From the NCBI GenBank assembly GCA_032718475.1, contig JAUCBJ010002811.1, forward strand, positions 50,993-114,992: DNA of 64,000 nucleotides, in the 5' to 3' direction. Source of the DNA: Nemertoderma westbladi (lineage: Eukaryota > Animalia > Xenacoelomorpha). Positions 48,501 through 58,699 of the stretch are shown here, one piece after another; the stretch's first letter is position 1, and every line of letters starts with the position of its first letter. The position numbers were made by a program, and so were the translations under genes. Below the pieces are notes generated by a model. The model saw only the letters and a list, made by a program, of their open reading frames with translations. It was not told the DNA's origin and searched no databases.

Positions 48501-48710
48501 ACCATTACGATTCGTATAGCGAGTGGTGAATTTTCGATAGTCCAATTCACGCGCAAGTTGCTCTTGGGACATCGGCGGTTCGATATAACGACCATCGTCC
48601 TCCGTAATGGTTGGATCGGCTTCACCGCGTATCAAGCTATCCACAAATGCTTGTAAAGGTAGGGTATATCGCTCCCTAATACCAAGATCATCTTCGATCA
48701 ACTCCGTCAT
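45519..48710 (-). CDS. ORF3a: 1063-aa retrotransposon accessory protein with a DEDDy (WRN/EXD/Mut-7-like) 3'-5' exonuclease-like domain
   Basis: ExoI VVTYDNEG; LPQPVLEMLFNERILKIGSAVYGD (ExoII); FVDTQLIA; SIGHLAFQEYG; PLRPSLAIYTIFE (ExoIII-like); N-terminal CDEC...H...C and an acidic coiled-coil. Confidence 0.78.
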   Translation of the reverse strand: MTELIEDDLGIRERYTLPLQAFVDSLIRGEADPTITEDDGRYIEPPMSQEQLARELDYRKFTTRYTNRNGTYMDFLTTGHPIDLHDTDDVDTEREMVLFKYHTQRSRKDKPRIDHENSIRNRLERENVEEPDKRIDFNEYLEFLRETYLNIASQQNLETRYPQGIHHDPMVELKRLYFTMMYLTADRPLPVIPDSFEQMEEYCKTGERSPAFPLQDVRLWYYCDECPRPNQQIERHKHPRRRCAKHSFTRYTYGSFERNLFDVSPKIARLKRSLNKPMIRVPEYSVRPPHNLVRPQTLDPNSITDPPELYSLFKDLVLPEQLIGGAPVVGSLDIRPSYLAGLGHGQLISPFDPYNRPGLNPIQPATEVEESVIRNALDAIRQKIGKGTQDCLEKRKLHQQVQSVKELALPQFDREIQNLEEDIELGRTYSLQEFLEERLQRQAEENLIEEKHTNLEEREEAALAQPEAQILMTDLYSKTVRHPSMIPHFGDKLFATIQPQPVDISTGSQNLIADAPMLQRPPIEAARVDGILVEPPDNRADLVRRMVHDVNIHARPLQNSFYGIKDHPYYVNLTQYYMVKPEDPTHNLKFLPLINPLDIVELEQLQKHLDQLVKVNSFRKPYNISRIEKDIEPPYNLDGFIKTRLDHWNLDVLFEEEKIPRYGNVETYTTRHMKYSDLPDANQCATLWHPVGMTLENATKEWNETLNVIEMYGVVTYDNEGSVPVGELGTTHMIHIRGLAGSTHVFTRACSDVMDYSFETLTETQKNLRHGQFELAQRYVIDTERKPAMGINGSMLPQPVLEMLFNERILKIGSAVYGDLQNDFRNMENIPYPFVDTQLIAPWAEGRGFFRTMYANTSSNITKVQRTSIGHLAFQEYGWNFKVGNPINYQQVYGDHYSRLYFDGPLTAPGAVYSFMSVPLRPSLAIYTIFENTALAGWLADVCSRTIRAHPLILGTKLAKLDKHNKFIRFECFRRFLTPFRNVDSQFKDRALTKLSLRISAAEKLDSAGFAIFKEICISNLHSSVIQRPRIPTGYSVVEIQTIGPPEETRPPQLCTWKTNQYV

Positions 48711-50335
48711 ATTTGCTATCTGAGTTTATTAATATCAAATAAGTTTATATTTAGGCGAGCGGGCGTCGCTGCCTACCTTTCTTTGCCCCCGGACAGTGGG
48801 ATTCTCAGCGCCGATGTACCGTCGTCGCGGTGTTTACGCCAACATGTAGCAACAGCACGACAACGATAACCGGCACAAGTCACTCCACTGTCCGTCCCAA
48901 AGGCTTGGATCCACTTAGGTTCTTTCTATAGGAGAGTTGGGCTATTTTTACAATTGCGACTAGCTACTGTAAACATACTTTAGCAGTAACATTCACCTAT
49001 AAACGCACAAATTCCACACAACTGTCACTAACAGCACACATACAGGCCATTTATCCGTTAGTCAGTGCCTTCCAGAATGTCACGTTATTACTGTGTATCC
49101 TTGGATACTAACAGTATGCTATATTTTCTCTATGCTATGCAATGGGACAAGCTTTCTATTGCTCTTTTAACTTGCTTCTAATTCTAGCGTGGGTGTTGCT
49201 ATGGTGACATTATGGAATGCTAGCGGTAGAATTAGGGTAATTCTCATGCATACAGATCTGGGATGCTATTTAATAATAATTCTTTAATTGTCAATATTCT
49301 CTTTATGCATGATTTTATTATTTTTATCGGCTATTGACTATATGTTGGAGATTCTCGCACTCTAATACACTCAATAGGATGAATCTCCGCTCCCATGATC
49401 TATTAATTAATGGAATTTTGGGAATGTTATAAATTGTACAAAATGACAATTTATGAAATTCATTTAAAAATATGAATTTAAATTTATTCCCGTGAATTTT
49501 TATTATTTGATGTTAAAATTGACACAATTTGATTCCAGAGCAGGTCTGGGGACATACGATCCTTAATTCTATGAAATTTGTCTTTTAAGAGTATCGGTAA
49601 GGGCTACGATATCTTAATCGACTAGAATTGTTAACGGATCTGAATTTTACAGATTTTAATAAATATTAAATTAATATTTAAGATGGGCACCGATTTATTC
49701 CAGAGCTTGTCTGGGGACGTTAACCACTGATTCTAGAATTTGTCTTTCAAGTATATCGGTGGGTGCCGCGATATCTTAATCGACTAGAATTACAGATGGT
49801 CAAAAGGTTTAACAGATTTATTTGCGTTTTACGCTACTGTTATATGGACATCACGCTACTATATGTATTATTTAATATAAGGTAGAAGAGCAATATCGCA
49901 CGAAGCAATGTCAGTGTGAAGAGGCAAGTCGTTTCCAAGGTCTACCCAGAGCTTGGTTTAGCCGAGACACGAGGATCTGAACTTTGCATTCCTAATACTC
50001 TGCCTACCAATAATACTTGAATATAGTAGTGGCTTTATTGTACTTTAAGAAGTACGGACATTTCATCTTACTGTAGCCACGCATTTATAATATGATACGG
50101 ACAGTAAGGAAAGAGAAAAAATTATTTCTCGCCGTCGCACTAAATATATATTATAGGTAATTACGTACGTAATAAACACTAATATATTGCACTAATATAC
50201 TAAATAATCACTAAAATATCATTCTACTAAATAAAATTGAATAAAAACGATTATAATAAAATACATATAAAGTTCGCATATAAAAATATAATAAAATAGA
50301 TAAAACAATATAGTCATACACCCACTCCAGACGTA

Positions 50336-53296
50336 TCACGTGAGGGAGTCCCTAGATGCTTGAGGAATTAGGGAGGTGGTCGTGGGAAGAGTGTCTTGCC
50401 TTCCATAGTTTCCGGAGAGTTCTCTGTCTCTTTCCAGTAAACATAAACGACCAACTGGGCGATTGAGTTGTTGCGTCTCAAAGATTATGCCTGGCTTCTT
50501 GAAGTTACGCCGCATGATGACGAGTTCTACTGAGCGTACTAAACCATCGTCCGAGAGGTGAGTCTCGATGATACGACCTGTCTGCCACCGTTTACGTGGG
50601 AGGTCTGGATCTACAATAAGCACCATATCTCCGGCGCTGACGTTTTCTTGCTGCGCAAACCACTTAGTTCGAAGTTGTAGCGTGGGCAGATAATGTTTCT
50701 CGAAATGGTCAGCGAAACGACGGGATAGCAACTGCATAAGTTGCCAAGTTCGACGGCAGTATTCGTCTCCGTCGGCAATCTCCGATCGTGGGAGCATGGC
50801 TACAGGTTTCTTCAGTAGGAAGTGCGCGGGTGTTAGCGCTTCCAGGGAATCGGGACTCGATGAGACTGGCATAAGCGGTCTCTCGTTGAGATAGGCAGCG
50901 ATTTCCTCCATTAATGTCCGCAAAAGTTCGTCGGTGAGATACGCGCGGCATGGCACTATAAAGTGAAATGCGGTTTTGACACTTCGAATTAATCTCTCCC
51001 AACTTCCTCCCCACCAAGGGGCGTCGGCGGCGTTGAAGGTCCAGCTAGACGCTGTTATCCTTAGCTGGTCGTCCACCTGTCTTTGGTTCCAGTCCTTCAC
51101 GTAAGCCTGTATTTCGTTGTTGGCACCAATGAAGTTCGTTCCCTTATCCGATCTCATGGTATTACTCGTCCCGAAGCGAGCGATCTGTCGTCGTAAACTT
51201 AAGACGAAGCTGTTGGTAGATAGATCGTTCACCATATCGAGGTGGATGGCTCTGCAAGTCATGCACACGAAGATGACACACCATCTCTTGACTATAGTCC
51301 TAGCACGATATACTTCAATAGGGCCAAATAAATCTACACCAGTATTAGTAAAAGGTGGTTCATAGAAGCTTACTCGTTCCCTAGGTAATTCTGCCTCTCG
51401 CTGTGTTAAAGGCCTACTGAATGCTTTCCTACAGGGTATGCAGTTTCTAAGAACTTGGTTCAGAGCTCTACGGGGTTTATCAAAATAATAGCGAGTTCGA
51501 ATTTCGCTAAGAACTCGTTCTCTACCAGCATGATAAAGTTTGCTGTGAACATCTACAATCATCTTGATTTGTACTTCAAGATTTCTAATGAGTATGGGGA
51601 ATTTAGTGTCAAAGGATAATGGCGCATTGGTGAGCCTTCCTCCAACACGTATTAACCCATCTATCATTGTGCTCGAGAATCGATCCCTTAAGCGCATCTG
51701 CGGATTTCTCAACAACAGGAAATACTTTTCGGAATCCCCATAGCATTGCAGGAGTCTCAGTATCTGCTTATTAGTTTCTTCATGCTCCTGGTGACTAATT
51801 TTCTCCTTTAGAAAACGGTCAGATATCTTATATTTGGGTAAATTTTTAATAACATGAACTTGTGCAGATGTCAATGGAGCGGTATCACTAGTGGTCTTCG
51901 TCCTGGAGTAGTGATGATGAAAACATCTCCTTAAATATGTGACGGCTTTACAGAGCCGATTCCAGGAACTGTAGTGATGCATTGCTCTCTGCAGCATGGG
52001 TGAGATTCCTTGCGAGACGTCGGGTATTCCAGATTTCCAATCTCTATCTCTAATTTCCACAACAGACTTATTTGTGACGAGGGATTGTGGATCCGAAGCA
52101 TCGTTTCCGGAAGCATGTAATACCGATAGATCGATAGTCGGTTTAAATAACTTCGATTTACTCGCCCGAGTTTTAGGTTTGACTGTCTCCGCTCCCTTGG
52201 CTTGTCTAATTTCCGCCGTAGTAAGGTGAGGGGGCCATTCATCCTCTTCCTTGCTCAGGAAGTCTGGTCCACCCAACCAATCTGGAGTATCTATCAGTTC
52301 CTGTGGAGTTGCTCCCCTGGAGGCGATATCGGCTGGATTAATCGTACCAGGGCAATGTCTCCATTGATCTATCTTTGTGCGACTAAGAATAATAGCTACT
52401 CTGTTAGTAACAAAAACACTGAACTGACAGACTTCATTGGTTAGATACTCCAACACGAGTAAAGCGTCGGTCCAATAAACCGTTTTCTCCAGTGGATAGT
52501 CGATTTGTTCCGTAACGTTCCGGCCGATGGCTGTAGCGTATAAAGCCGCCTTTAACTCCGCACGAGGAACTTTTAACTTGTTGTTAATCAATGCCTTAGA
52601 TGTAACCAAGGCGACTTTGATTCCATCCGGAGTTTCGACTCGCAGATATGCTACTATACCTATTCCCATGTCGCTAGCGTCTCCAAACACATGGAGTTGA
52701 TAGGAATACGTAGGAAGAACATGGCCAAAATATGCACGGGAAATTATAAAGTTCTCGATGGCAGGTAGAGAATCTTCCCATTTCATCCATTTCTTTAACA
52801 ATTCTCCCTTAAGCGGATCGTCCCATGAGTGGTTTTCAAGCCACATTTGTTGTACTAAACTCCGAGCAATCAATATAACCGGGCTAATAAATCCCAATGG
52901 GTCGAAATAAGTGCTCAGGATACTTAAACAAATCCGTTTGGTCCGGACTGGATTATCTCGCTGTTTTAACTGAAAAAACAGGATGTCTCTTTCAGTGTCC
53001 CACTTCAAGCCTAGCGTCTTGGTTTCAGGAAGCTCGTCCTTTATTAAGTCTAGGTCTTTCGCTCCTCGGTCTTCTACCGGTATGGCTTCCAGAAACTCAC
53101 GGGAGTTGCTAGTGAATTTCGTCAGTCGAAATCCACCTCTTTTCAAACACTCTACCGTTCCTTTTGCGACAGCTATGGCTTCTTCTACTGATGGAAGGGA
53201 CCTTAAATTGTCGTCCATATATATATTGCGCTTTATGTTATCTATCACCTCTTTGGAGAAGGCATCCCGGTTGTCATCCGCAGTGGTACGGACCAC
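50336..53296 (-). CDS. pol: Bel/Pao pol, open from the RT YMDD motif through RNase H and integrase (N-terminally deleted)
   Basis: IYMDDNL, FDPLGFISP, LHVFGDAS, PRAEL, YWTD, HAG/CIPC, GVDLFGP, SDKGTNF, WERLIRSVK. Confidence 0.93.
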   Translation of the reverse strand: MVRTTADDNRDAFSKEVIDNIKRNIYMDDNLRSLPSVEEAIAVAKGTVECLKRGGFRLTKFTSNSREFLEAIPVEDRGAKDLDLIKDELPETKTLGLKWDTERDILFFQLKQRDNPVRTKRICLSILSTYFDPLGFISPVILIARSLVQQMWLENHSWDDPLKGELLKKWMKWEDSLPAIENFIISRAYFGHVLPTYSYQLHVFGDASDMGIGIVAYLRVETPDGIKVALVTSKALINNKLKVPRAELKAALYATAIGRNVTEQIDYPLEKTVYWTDALLVLEYLTNEVCQFSVFVTNRVAIILSRTKIDQWRHCPGTINPADIASRGATPQELIDTPDWLGGPDFLSKEEDEWPPHLTTAEIRQAKGAETVKPKTRASKSKLFKPTIDLSVLHASGNDASDPQSLVTNKSVVEIRDRDWKSGIPDVSQGISPMLQRAMHHYSSWNRLCKAVTYLRRCFHHHYSRTKTTSDTAPLTSAQVHVIKNLPKYKISDRFLKEKISHQEHEETNKQILRLLQCYGDSEKYFLLLRNPQMRLRDRFSSTMIDGLIRVGGRLTNAPLSFDTKFPILIRNLEVQIKMIVDVHSKLYHAGRERVLSEIRTRYYFDKPRRALNQVLRNCIPCRKAFSRPLTQREAELPRERVSFYEPPFTNTGVDLFGPIEVYRARTIVKRWCVIFVCMTCRAIHLDMVNDLSTNSFVLSLRRQIARFGTSNTMRSDKGTNFIGANNEIQAYVKDWNQRQVDDQLRITASSWTFNAADAPWWGGSWERLIRSVKTAFHFIVPCRAYLTDELLRTLMEEIAAYLNERPLMPVSSSPDSLEALTPAHFLLKKPVAMLPRSEIADGDEYCRRTWQLMQLLSRRFADHFEKHYLPTLQLRTKWFAQQENVSAGDMVLIVDPDLPRKRWQTGRIIETHLSDDGLVRSVELVIMRRNFKKPGIIFETQQLNRPVGRLCLLERDRELSGNYGRQDTLPTTTSLIPQASRDSLT

Positions 53297-53853
53297 TGAG
53301 CAGGCGGTTCTTTACTTGTTCTTCTTGGACTCTAGCGAGGCGAAGTTTTTCATCAAATTCAGCTTGGTTAGCAGCTAACATTTCAGCATCAATTGAGTCC
53401 AACACACGCTGGGTTCCTTCACTATTAGGGGAAAGTCCAGACAGCCGTCTCCTCAACTCTTCGTCTCCTAGGAATCGCTGATAGTCGGACAGATAAATGT
53501 CGATGGCGTCTCTTGTTCGTGGTCTCTCTGCGGTCTCTTCGCCTTCCACTTGAGGAAGGGTGGCCTCGGTTGGTTCTTCATAGGTTAGTCTTTCAGACAG
53601 CTGGGATTTCCACTGCTCCGTTTCTTGTACTTTGAGGCCTACCCGCTGGAACCAAGTTTTGACAGCAACCTGCAGCGACGTGTCCTGTCTTCTTTTGGAA
53701 GTTTCCTCAAAGGCTGATAGGATTAGTCGAATGCGTAGGGTTCTTTCGCGTACTTGATATAGCAGTTCTTCCTGCTCTTGAGGTCCTTGGGGTTGTCGAA
53801 ACAGTTGTTCTTCTAATCGCTCTAAGGAGCCGAAGAATCCCTGCACATATCCG
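53297..53853 (-). pseudogene. gag: gag N-terminal fragment fused by deletion to RT
   Basis: Homologous to 4861-5405 (GYVQGFF.SLERLEE.LF, DTSLQVAVKTWFQRV, IDIYLSDYQRF). Confidence 0.88.
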
Positions 53854-53855
53854 GA

Positions 53856-54590
53856 AAATAAATCCTATAATTTGAGCTCTGGTAGCAGCTTTTCAGCCAT
53901 TGGTAATGATGATTATGGATTATGGCCAATTTTGATTTGCAGAACCAGTATTCCGGTATTGTAAATATAAGTTCGGCCCTACTTAGAAACAGGTTCAGAA
54001 AATAGTTAGGCCTTTAGGATTGCCTATTGCCTGATTATCGGATACTACAGGACGAGTACAGGACAGTACACTGAGAAGCCATAGGGGCTGAGATACACAG
54101 ACACAGACTGACTTACAGTTCTATGTCTGTCTGTAAGCCTATGTAGTACAAGAACAAAATACCAAACGGACACCTGGCCTGGGTCCAGTCAATACTCAAG
54201 CTCGCTGTCTGGTAGTCAGTAGGTACCCATCTGTTGGTCTGCCCGTGCCGTGGTACCGGTATGAAATAAATGGGACGTGCCGCTCCAGGCGACAACTGGC
54301 AGAGGCAGGACAGTAAATAAAGCATAAACTGGTAACACCCCACTGTCTGTTAGTAGTCACATGTCAGGGGTGACATCGGGTTTCATTTCATCCTATTCTG
54401 ATACACAGAAGCACACAGTCAACAAGTAGACAGGATACCGGTACGAAAAACGCAAACCGAAAGTTATCCTACAACTGCGACAGACGGAATCTGTAAATAT
54501 GCCTACAATTGTACGTCAATTGTGATAGGCAATAGGCAGCTATTTCCAGTCTGGATCAGTGAGTCTGTGAATTCAGACTGTAGAGAACAA
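53856..54590 (-). repeat. Unclassified repeat 'X', longer uninterrupted copy
   Basis: 54329-54542 matches 1158-1368; outer boundaries approximate. Confidence 0.65.
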
Positions 54591-54619
54591 AACAAAAAAA
54601 TAAAAAAAAAATGTTAAAC

Positions 54620-55515
54620 TTTTTCTCTCGGTTTTGGTGTATATTCGAGCGAAAAAGTAACAATTTGAGAGTAAACAATTATTCAGCACCAAAATAAATA
54701 AATGCTTCCCAAAACCAATTGTTCACACCAAAATGAATGACAAAAACCCAAAATAAATACAAATTTTTCCAATATAAATATACAACATTTTCCCCCAAAA
54801 TAAAACATAAAGCCCCAAAATAAATACATATTCCCGCAAAATAAAAATATATTCCCCCAAAATAAATACTTGTTCCCCAAAATAATCAAATATTCTACCT
54901 AAATAAACGGACTCTTAGTTACAGGCTAAGCTCATTGGTACCAGTACTTGGATCCTCGGGTGAGAACAAAACAAAGACCCAAGAGTTTACTTCACGTGTT
55001 TTGTACAAAACAAAGAGGTCAAGTCGCATTAGGTCCTAATAAGCGTTAGGTCCCATTACCCATTGCCTTTTAAAGGAGCAGGTTAGTAAAGGAGCTGGAT
55101 ACAGAGGCGCGTTGGGGGACCAAAACAATAAACAAAAGTTAACATGTTGCATTTTTTTGTCGACTAGCCGGCACAGCATTCCTAAAAATGCAGCTGCAAT
55201 GCAGCCTGCTGATCAAAGAAGATGTTACATGATTATGCAGGTCTTTATAATTGGGTGTTTGTTTTGTACTCATCCGAGGATCGTCGGTATAATATGATAA
55301 ACATTTTGTTTGATTTATGGAAATAAATAATTTTAACGATTTTGTATAATTAAATTTTTCATAAAATATTTGGTGCTTTGCAATTACATCCATAATTGTT
55401 TTTGGGGGAATTAATAATTGTTTTGGGGTATGAATAATTGTTTTTGGGGGAATTAATAATTGTCATTCTTAAATTGTTACTTTTTCACTCGAATTTAGAC
55501 CAAAATAGGGAAAAT
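54620..55515. mobile_element. Non-autonomous TIR element with CCCCAAAATAAA internal repeats
   Basis: TTTTGGTGTATATTCGAGCGAAAAAGTAACAATTTGAGA versus TCTTAAATTGTTACTTTTTCACTCGAATTTAGACCAAAA. Confidence 0.65.
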
Positions 55516-56087
55516 GATTGCATTGATTTTACGTTTTTTCCCGGCGAAAAAAATAAAATTAAATATGTTTGGTAGAATTTCTTAAATTTTATTAAATGTG
55601 TTGAAAGATCATTGATGTAGAAAAGATTTGCATGTAATTTGAGCAAAATCCATTCACACACTCAAAAGTTATTGCAACTTTAGTGTCTGCCAATGCAAAG
55701 GCACAGAACTCAATATCCAATATTGGTTTATGTAGTTAAGCGGCTCTCTAGTTACGTTATAAATATTCGAGAACACTAAAATTATTAAACATTGAGTAAG
55801 GCAGCATCAGGAGTTGAAGAGTACAGTAATTTGAAACGCAGTAACTATTGAAGCAATATTGTAAAATACTATAGTTAAATTTATTTTTTACCACTATATT
55901 GCTGTACGTTTTATTAAGGAATTAAGCGACAAAAAAGTACTAATTTAAGAATAAAATTACGTATTACAGGGGAAAAAAACGTAGAAATTTTTTCAATATT
56001 CTCTCGACCCTTTATTAACCTCGCTGACGCTCGGTAAATAAAATGCCTCGAGAATCCCTTTGAAATATATTTACAAATGAGACCGTC

Positions 56088-56560
56088 AGTAGTATAAGAA
56101 ACTATGACACGGCATCAAGGTCACCCGTAGCCCATCATTACCATCCATTTCTAGTACTGCATCCAATCAGAAGCCACCATTTCAACCTTTTGCTGTGGTC
56201 GTTATTATTTCAACCAATCAGATGTCAGCATTTCATCCTTAACCATGGTAACTTCTCAAGTTCCCGCTTATTCCGCTAGAGGCATTATTAGTCACCCAAC
56301 GCTAGTACTGCATCCAATCACCAACCTTTATTTTACAGGTGTTCGGGTGTCTACACTTAGCATCAGGTAACGTCTACTATTTTTCAAATCGCAATTTATC
56401 ACCAACCTTTATTTTACAGACGCTAGAGGTGTCTACAGGTAACTTCTACTATTTTTCATTTCGTTATTTTTCAGCAACCAGTATTTTCATATTCACCAAC
56501 CTTTATTTTACAGACACTAGGGGTGTCTACAGGTAACTTCTACTATTTTTCACCAGTAAC
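56088..56560 (+). repeat. Putative Polinton left TIR with internal repeats; predicted 6-bp TSD ACCGTC (56082-56087)
   Basis: AGTAGTATAAGAAACTATGAC; repeated CTAGTACTGCATCCAATCA and ACCAACCTTTATTTTACAG...GGTGTCTACAGGTAAC; partner TIR not in the window. Confidence 0.65.
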
Positions 56561-57082
56561 TAAATTTAATTTTGCAATTTTTTAGATAACAAAATATTCA
56601 ACAGGGTTCGAACCCGGGGTCAATATAACTCCTCACAACTCACCAATCACTCTTCCATCCAACCTCGAGAGAAAAAGGCGATAAATATCTGAGTTATACC
56701 ATAGTCATTGAATTCTTAATCTTCATCACTGGTAGCAGATGTTTATAAATAGCTTCTAGTTCCTTAACATAAATACTATAGCATAGAATACATTAATTCG
56801 ACTATTAATAATAATCGATTTCTTTTATCGATGTGACTGTTCGGTCAACTAAGTTAAAATATACGTTGATCACGTTGCATCTGTTACATGTTACTGCTAT
56901 TTCACTCTCTAACTCACGCTAATGTAATAAATTTAGCTGTACACGTTGCATCTGTTACACGAAGCTACTATATTCCTCACTGTAAGTCACTCTGTTGTAA
57001 TAAAGCAACCATATAAACCGAAATTTTACATTCTAATAATCATTTATTTAGTTTTATTTTTAAAATAGTTTTCATTCTAATT

Positions 57083-58126
57083 ATGGATTTATTTAAAAAA
57101 AGTTCAAGCAATACTTGGAAATTTACATGTAATAAATATACCTGTAGTATTGTTTATGGCAAGTACTTTATATTACACTCAAGCGATAGCAATGTAACAA
57201 CATGCTTCTCTTACCAGGATACACTCTACCTTCTAGACGTCTTAGAAATATTAATCAACCGACAAAAGGAATCACCAGTTTCAAGAGGTAATATTTATCC
57301 TAATATAGAATTTACAAGAGGAAAGTTAAATATTTCCACCTGTGTTATTACTGAAAACGTATATATTCAGAAGCGAGGCAAATGTCAAATTCTAAACAAA
57401 TCACTCATTAATTTATTGCTTCAGAGTAAGACAGAAATATTAGAATTGTTATCACCACCACTCGAAATAATAAATCAGTGTTCTGTTGTTAATTTAACCA
57501 ACCCATCTTTTGTTGGTTTTGTAAGCAAATATAAAGGAACGGCTTATATGGGACTATGGGAGATTTCAGCTAGATATTCTGATGCTATTGGTCTTAGGTA
57601 TTATAATGGGTTTAACTTAACAGCATCGGAAGTAAATTCATTGTGGTATGAATGGAATTATGAAATTAGTAACGAAGGTGTCTTTTCAGAGCTAGATACG
57701 GACGATAAAGCTTTATCTGACCGACTTAAAGTAAAAATAAATGTACAAGAAAAAAAAGTAATTATTACAGACAAGGAAAGCAAATATTTACAGTTACATT
57801 ATGATAAAGACATACCTCATATAGAGTTTCTCTACGATATGATGTTAAAGGTTTCATCAACTGATATAGCAGACGGTTTCGCGATTCTATATCAACCAAC
57901 TTGGAAGTTTAAGGTTAATAAGTCATTTCCAGAAGTAGTTTCATCCACATTTAATCCAAAGACATACATCGAAGAGACATCGAGTGATAGAAAGCGCAGA
58001 TCTACATCTCAAACATCTTCCATTCCCAACAATGATTCTATACCTACAAAGAAAATAAAAGTTACAAATGCAAGTGAAGAGGTAGCAGATTACAATAAGG
58101 AACATATAAAAACAGTATCAGATTGA
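57083..58126 (+). CDS. Polinton accessory protein, possible PC4-like ssDNA-binding domain
   Basis: 347-aa ORF; VSKYKGTAYMGLWE...NGFNLTASEVNSL resembles the PC4 pattern V..FKG..YIDIRE...KGI.LT..QW..L. Confidence 0.5.
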   Translation: MDLFKKSSSNTWKFTCNKYTCSIVYGKYFILHSSDSNVTTCFSYQDTLYLLDVLEILINRQKESPVSRGNIYPNIEFTRGKLNISTCVITENVYIQKRGKCQILNKSLINLLLQSKTEILELLSPPLEIINQCSVVNLTNPSFVGFVSKYKGTAYMGLWEISARYSDAIGLRYYNGFNLTASEVNSLWYEWNYEISNEGVFSELDTDDKALSDRLKVKINVQEKKVIITDKESKYLQLHYDKDIPHIEFLYDMMLKVSSTDIADGFAILYQPTWKFKVNKSFPEVVSSTFNPKTYIEETSSDRKRRSTSQTSSIPNNDSIPTKKIKVTNASEEVADYNKEHIKTVSD

Positions 58127-58699
58127 TTTATTATTAACTAGAGACTTTTCTTTTTCAGTTTCACACTGACTTGTAAAGGTAACTTTTTATCACAAAGCGT
58201 GATTATTATAAAGTATTTGCATGTAAAGGTGACTTTATTGAGTAGAAATATTGGTGATAGTTTATATTTAATGTCAGCATGGGATTATGTATAAAACATT
58301 CGCATGTAAATGCATGAGTTTACACCACCATAATAAAACATTAGCATGTAAAACCTACTTTATCAATGAAAATTAAAAACGCATTATGCACATTTTGGTT
58401 TAGACTTGATTTTATTATAAAGAATTCAGTTGTAAAAGCGACTTTATTTATGATATTAGTTCCCAATGTAACTGTTATTTATGATTGGTTGGTATAAGTA
58501 GAAACTTGAAATATATATATATATATATATAAAGAGCTCAACTGATTCAATCGAGCTCATTCTGAAAATATTAAATTAATTAAAGTTTAGATATTATATT
58601 TTATTTGTGTTGAGTAGCTTATGAATTTTTTTTTATTATATATATATATATATAACAATATTCATATTAATTTTAAATTGTTTTTAGGATAATAAAGAG

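Larger units (their letters stand above)
43101..53853 (-). mobile_element. Bel/Pao LTR retrotransposon, copy 2 (5'-truncated, gag-to-RT deletion, ORF3 nearly intact)
   Basis: Colinear with copy 1 across pol, spacer, ORF3, PPT and LTR. Confidence 0.93.

Noticed and set aside
44461-48710. ORF3 as an env gene
   Set aside because: No signal peptide, TM segment or ectodomain pattern; it has nuclease-like motifs, zinc knuckles and an NLS-like tail
45613-53481. Short + strand ORFs opposite ORF3 and pol
   Set aside because: Antisense shadows without motifs
56600-56620. GGTTCGAACCC B-box suggesting a tRNA
   Set aside because: No cloverleaf or A-box around it
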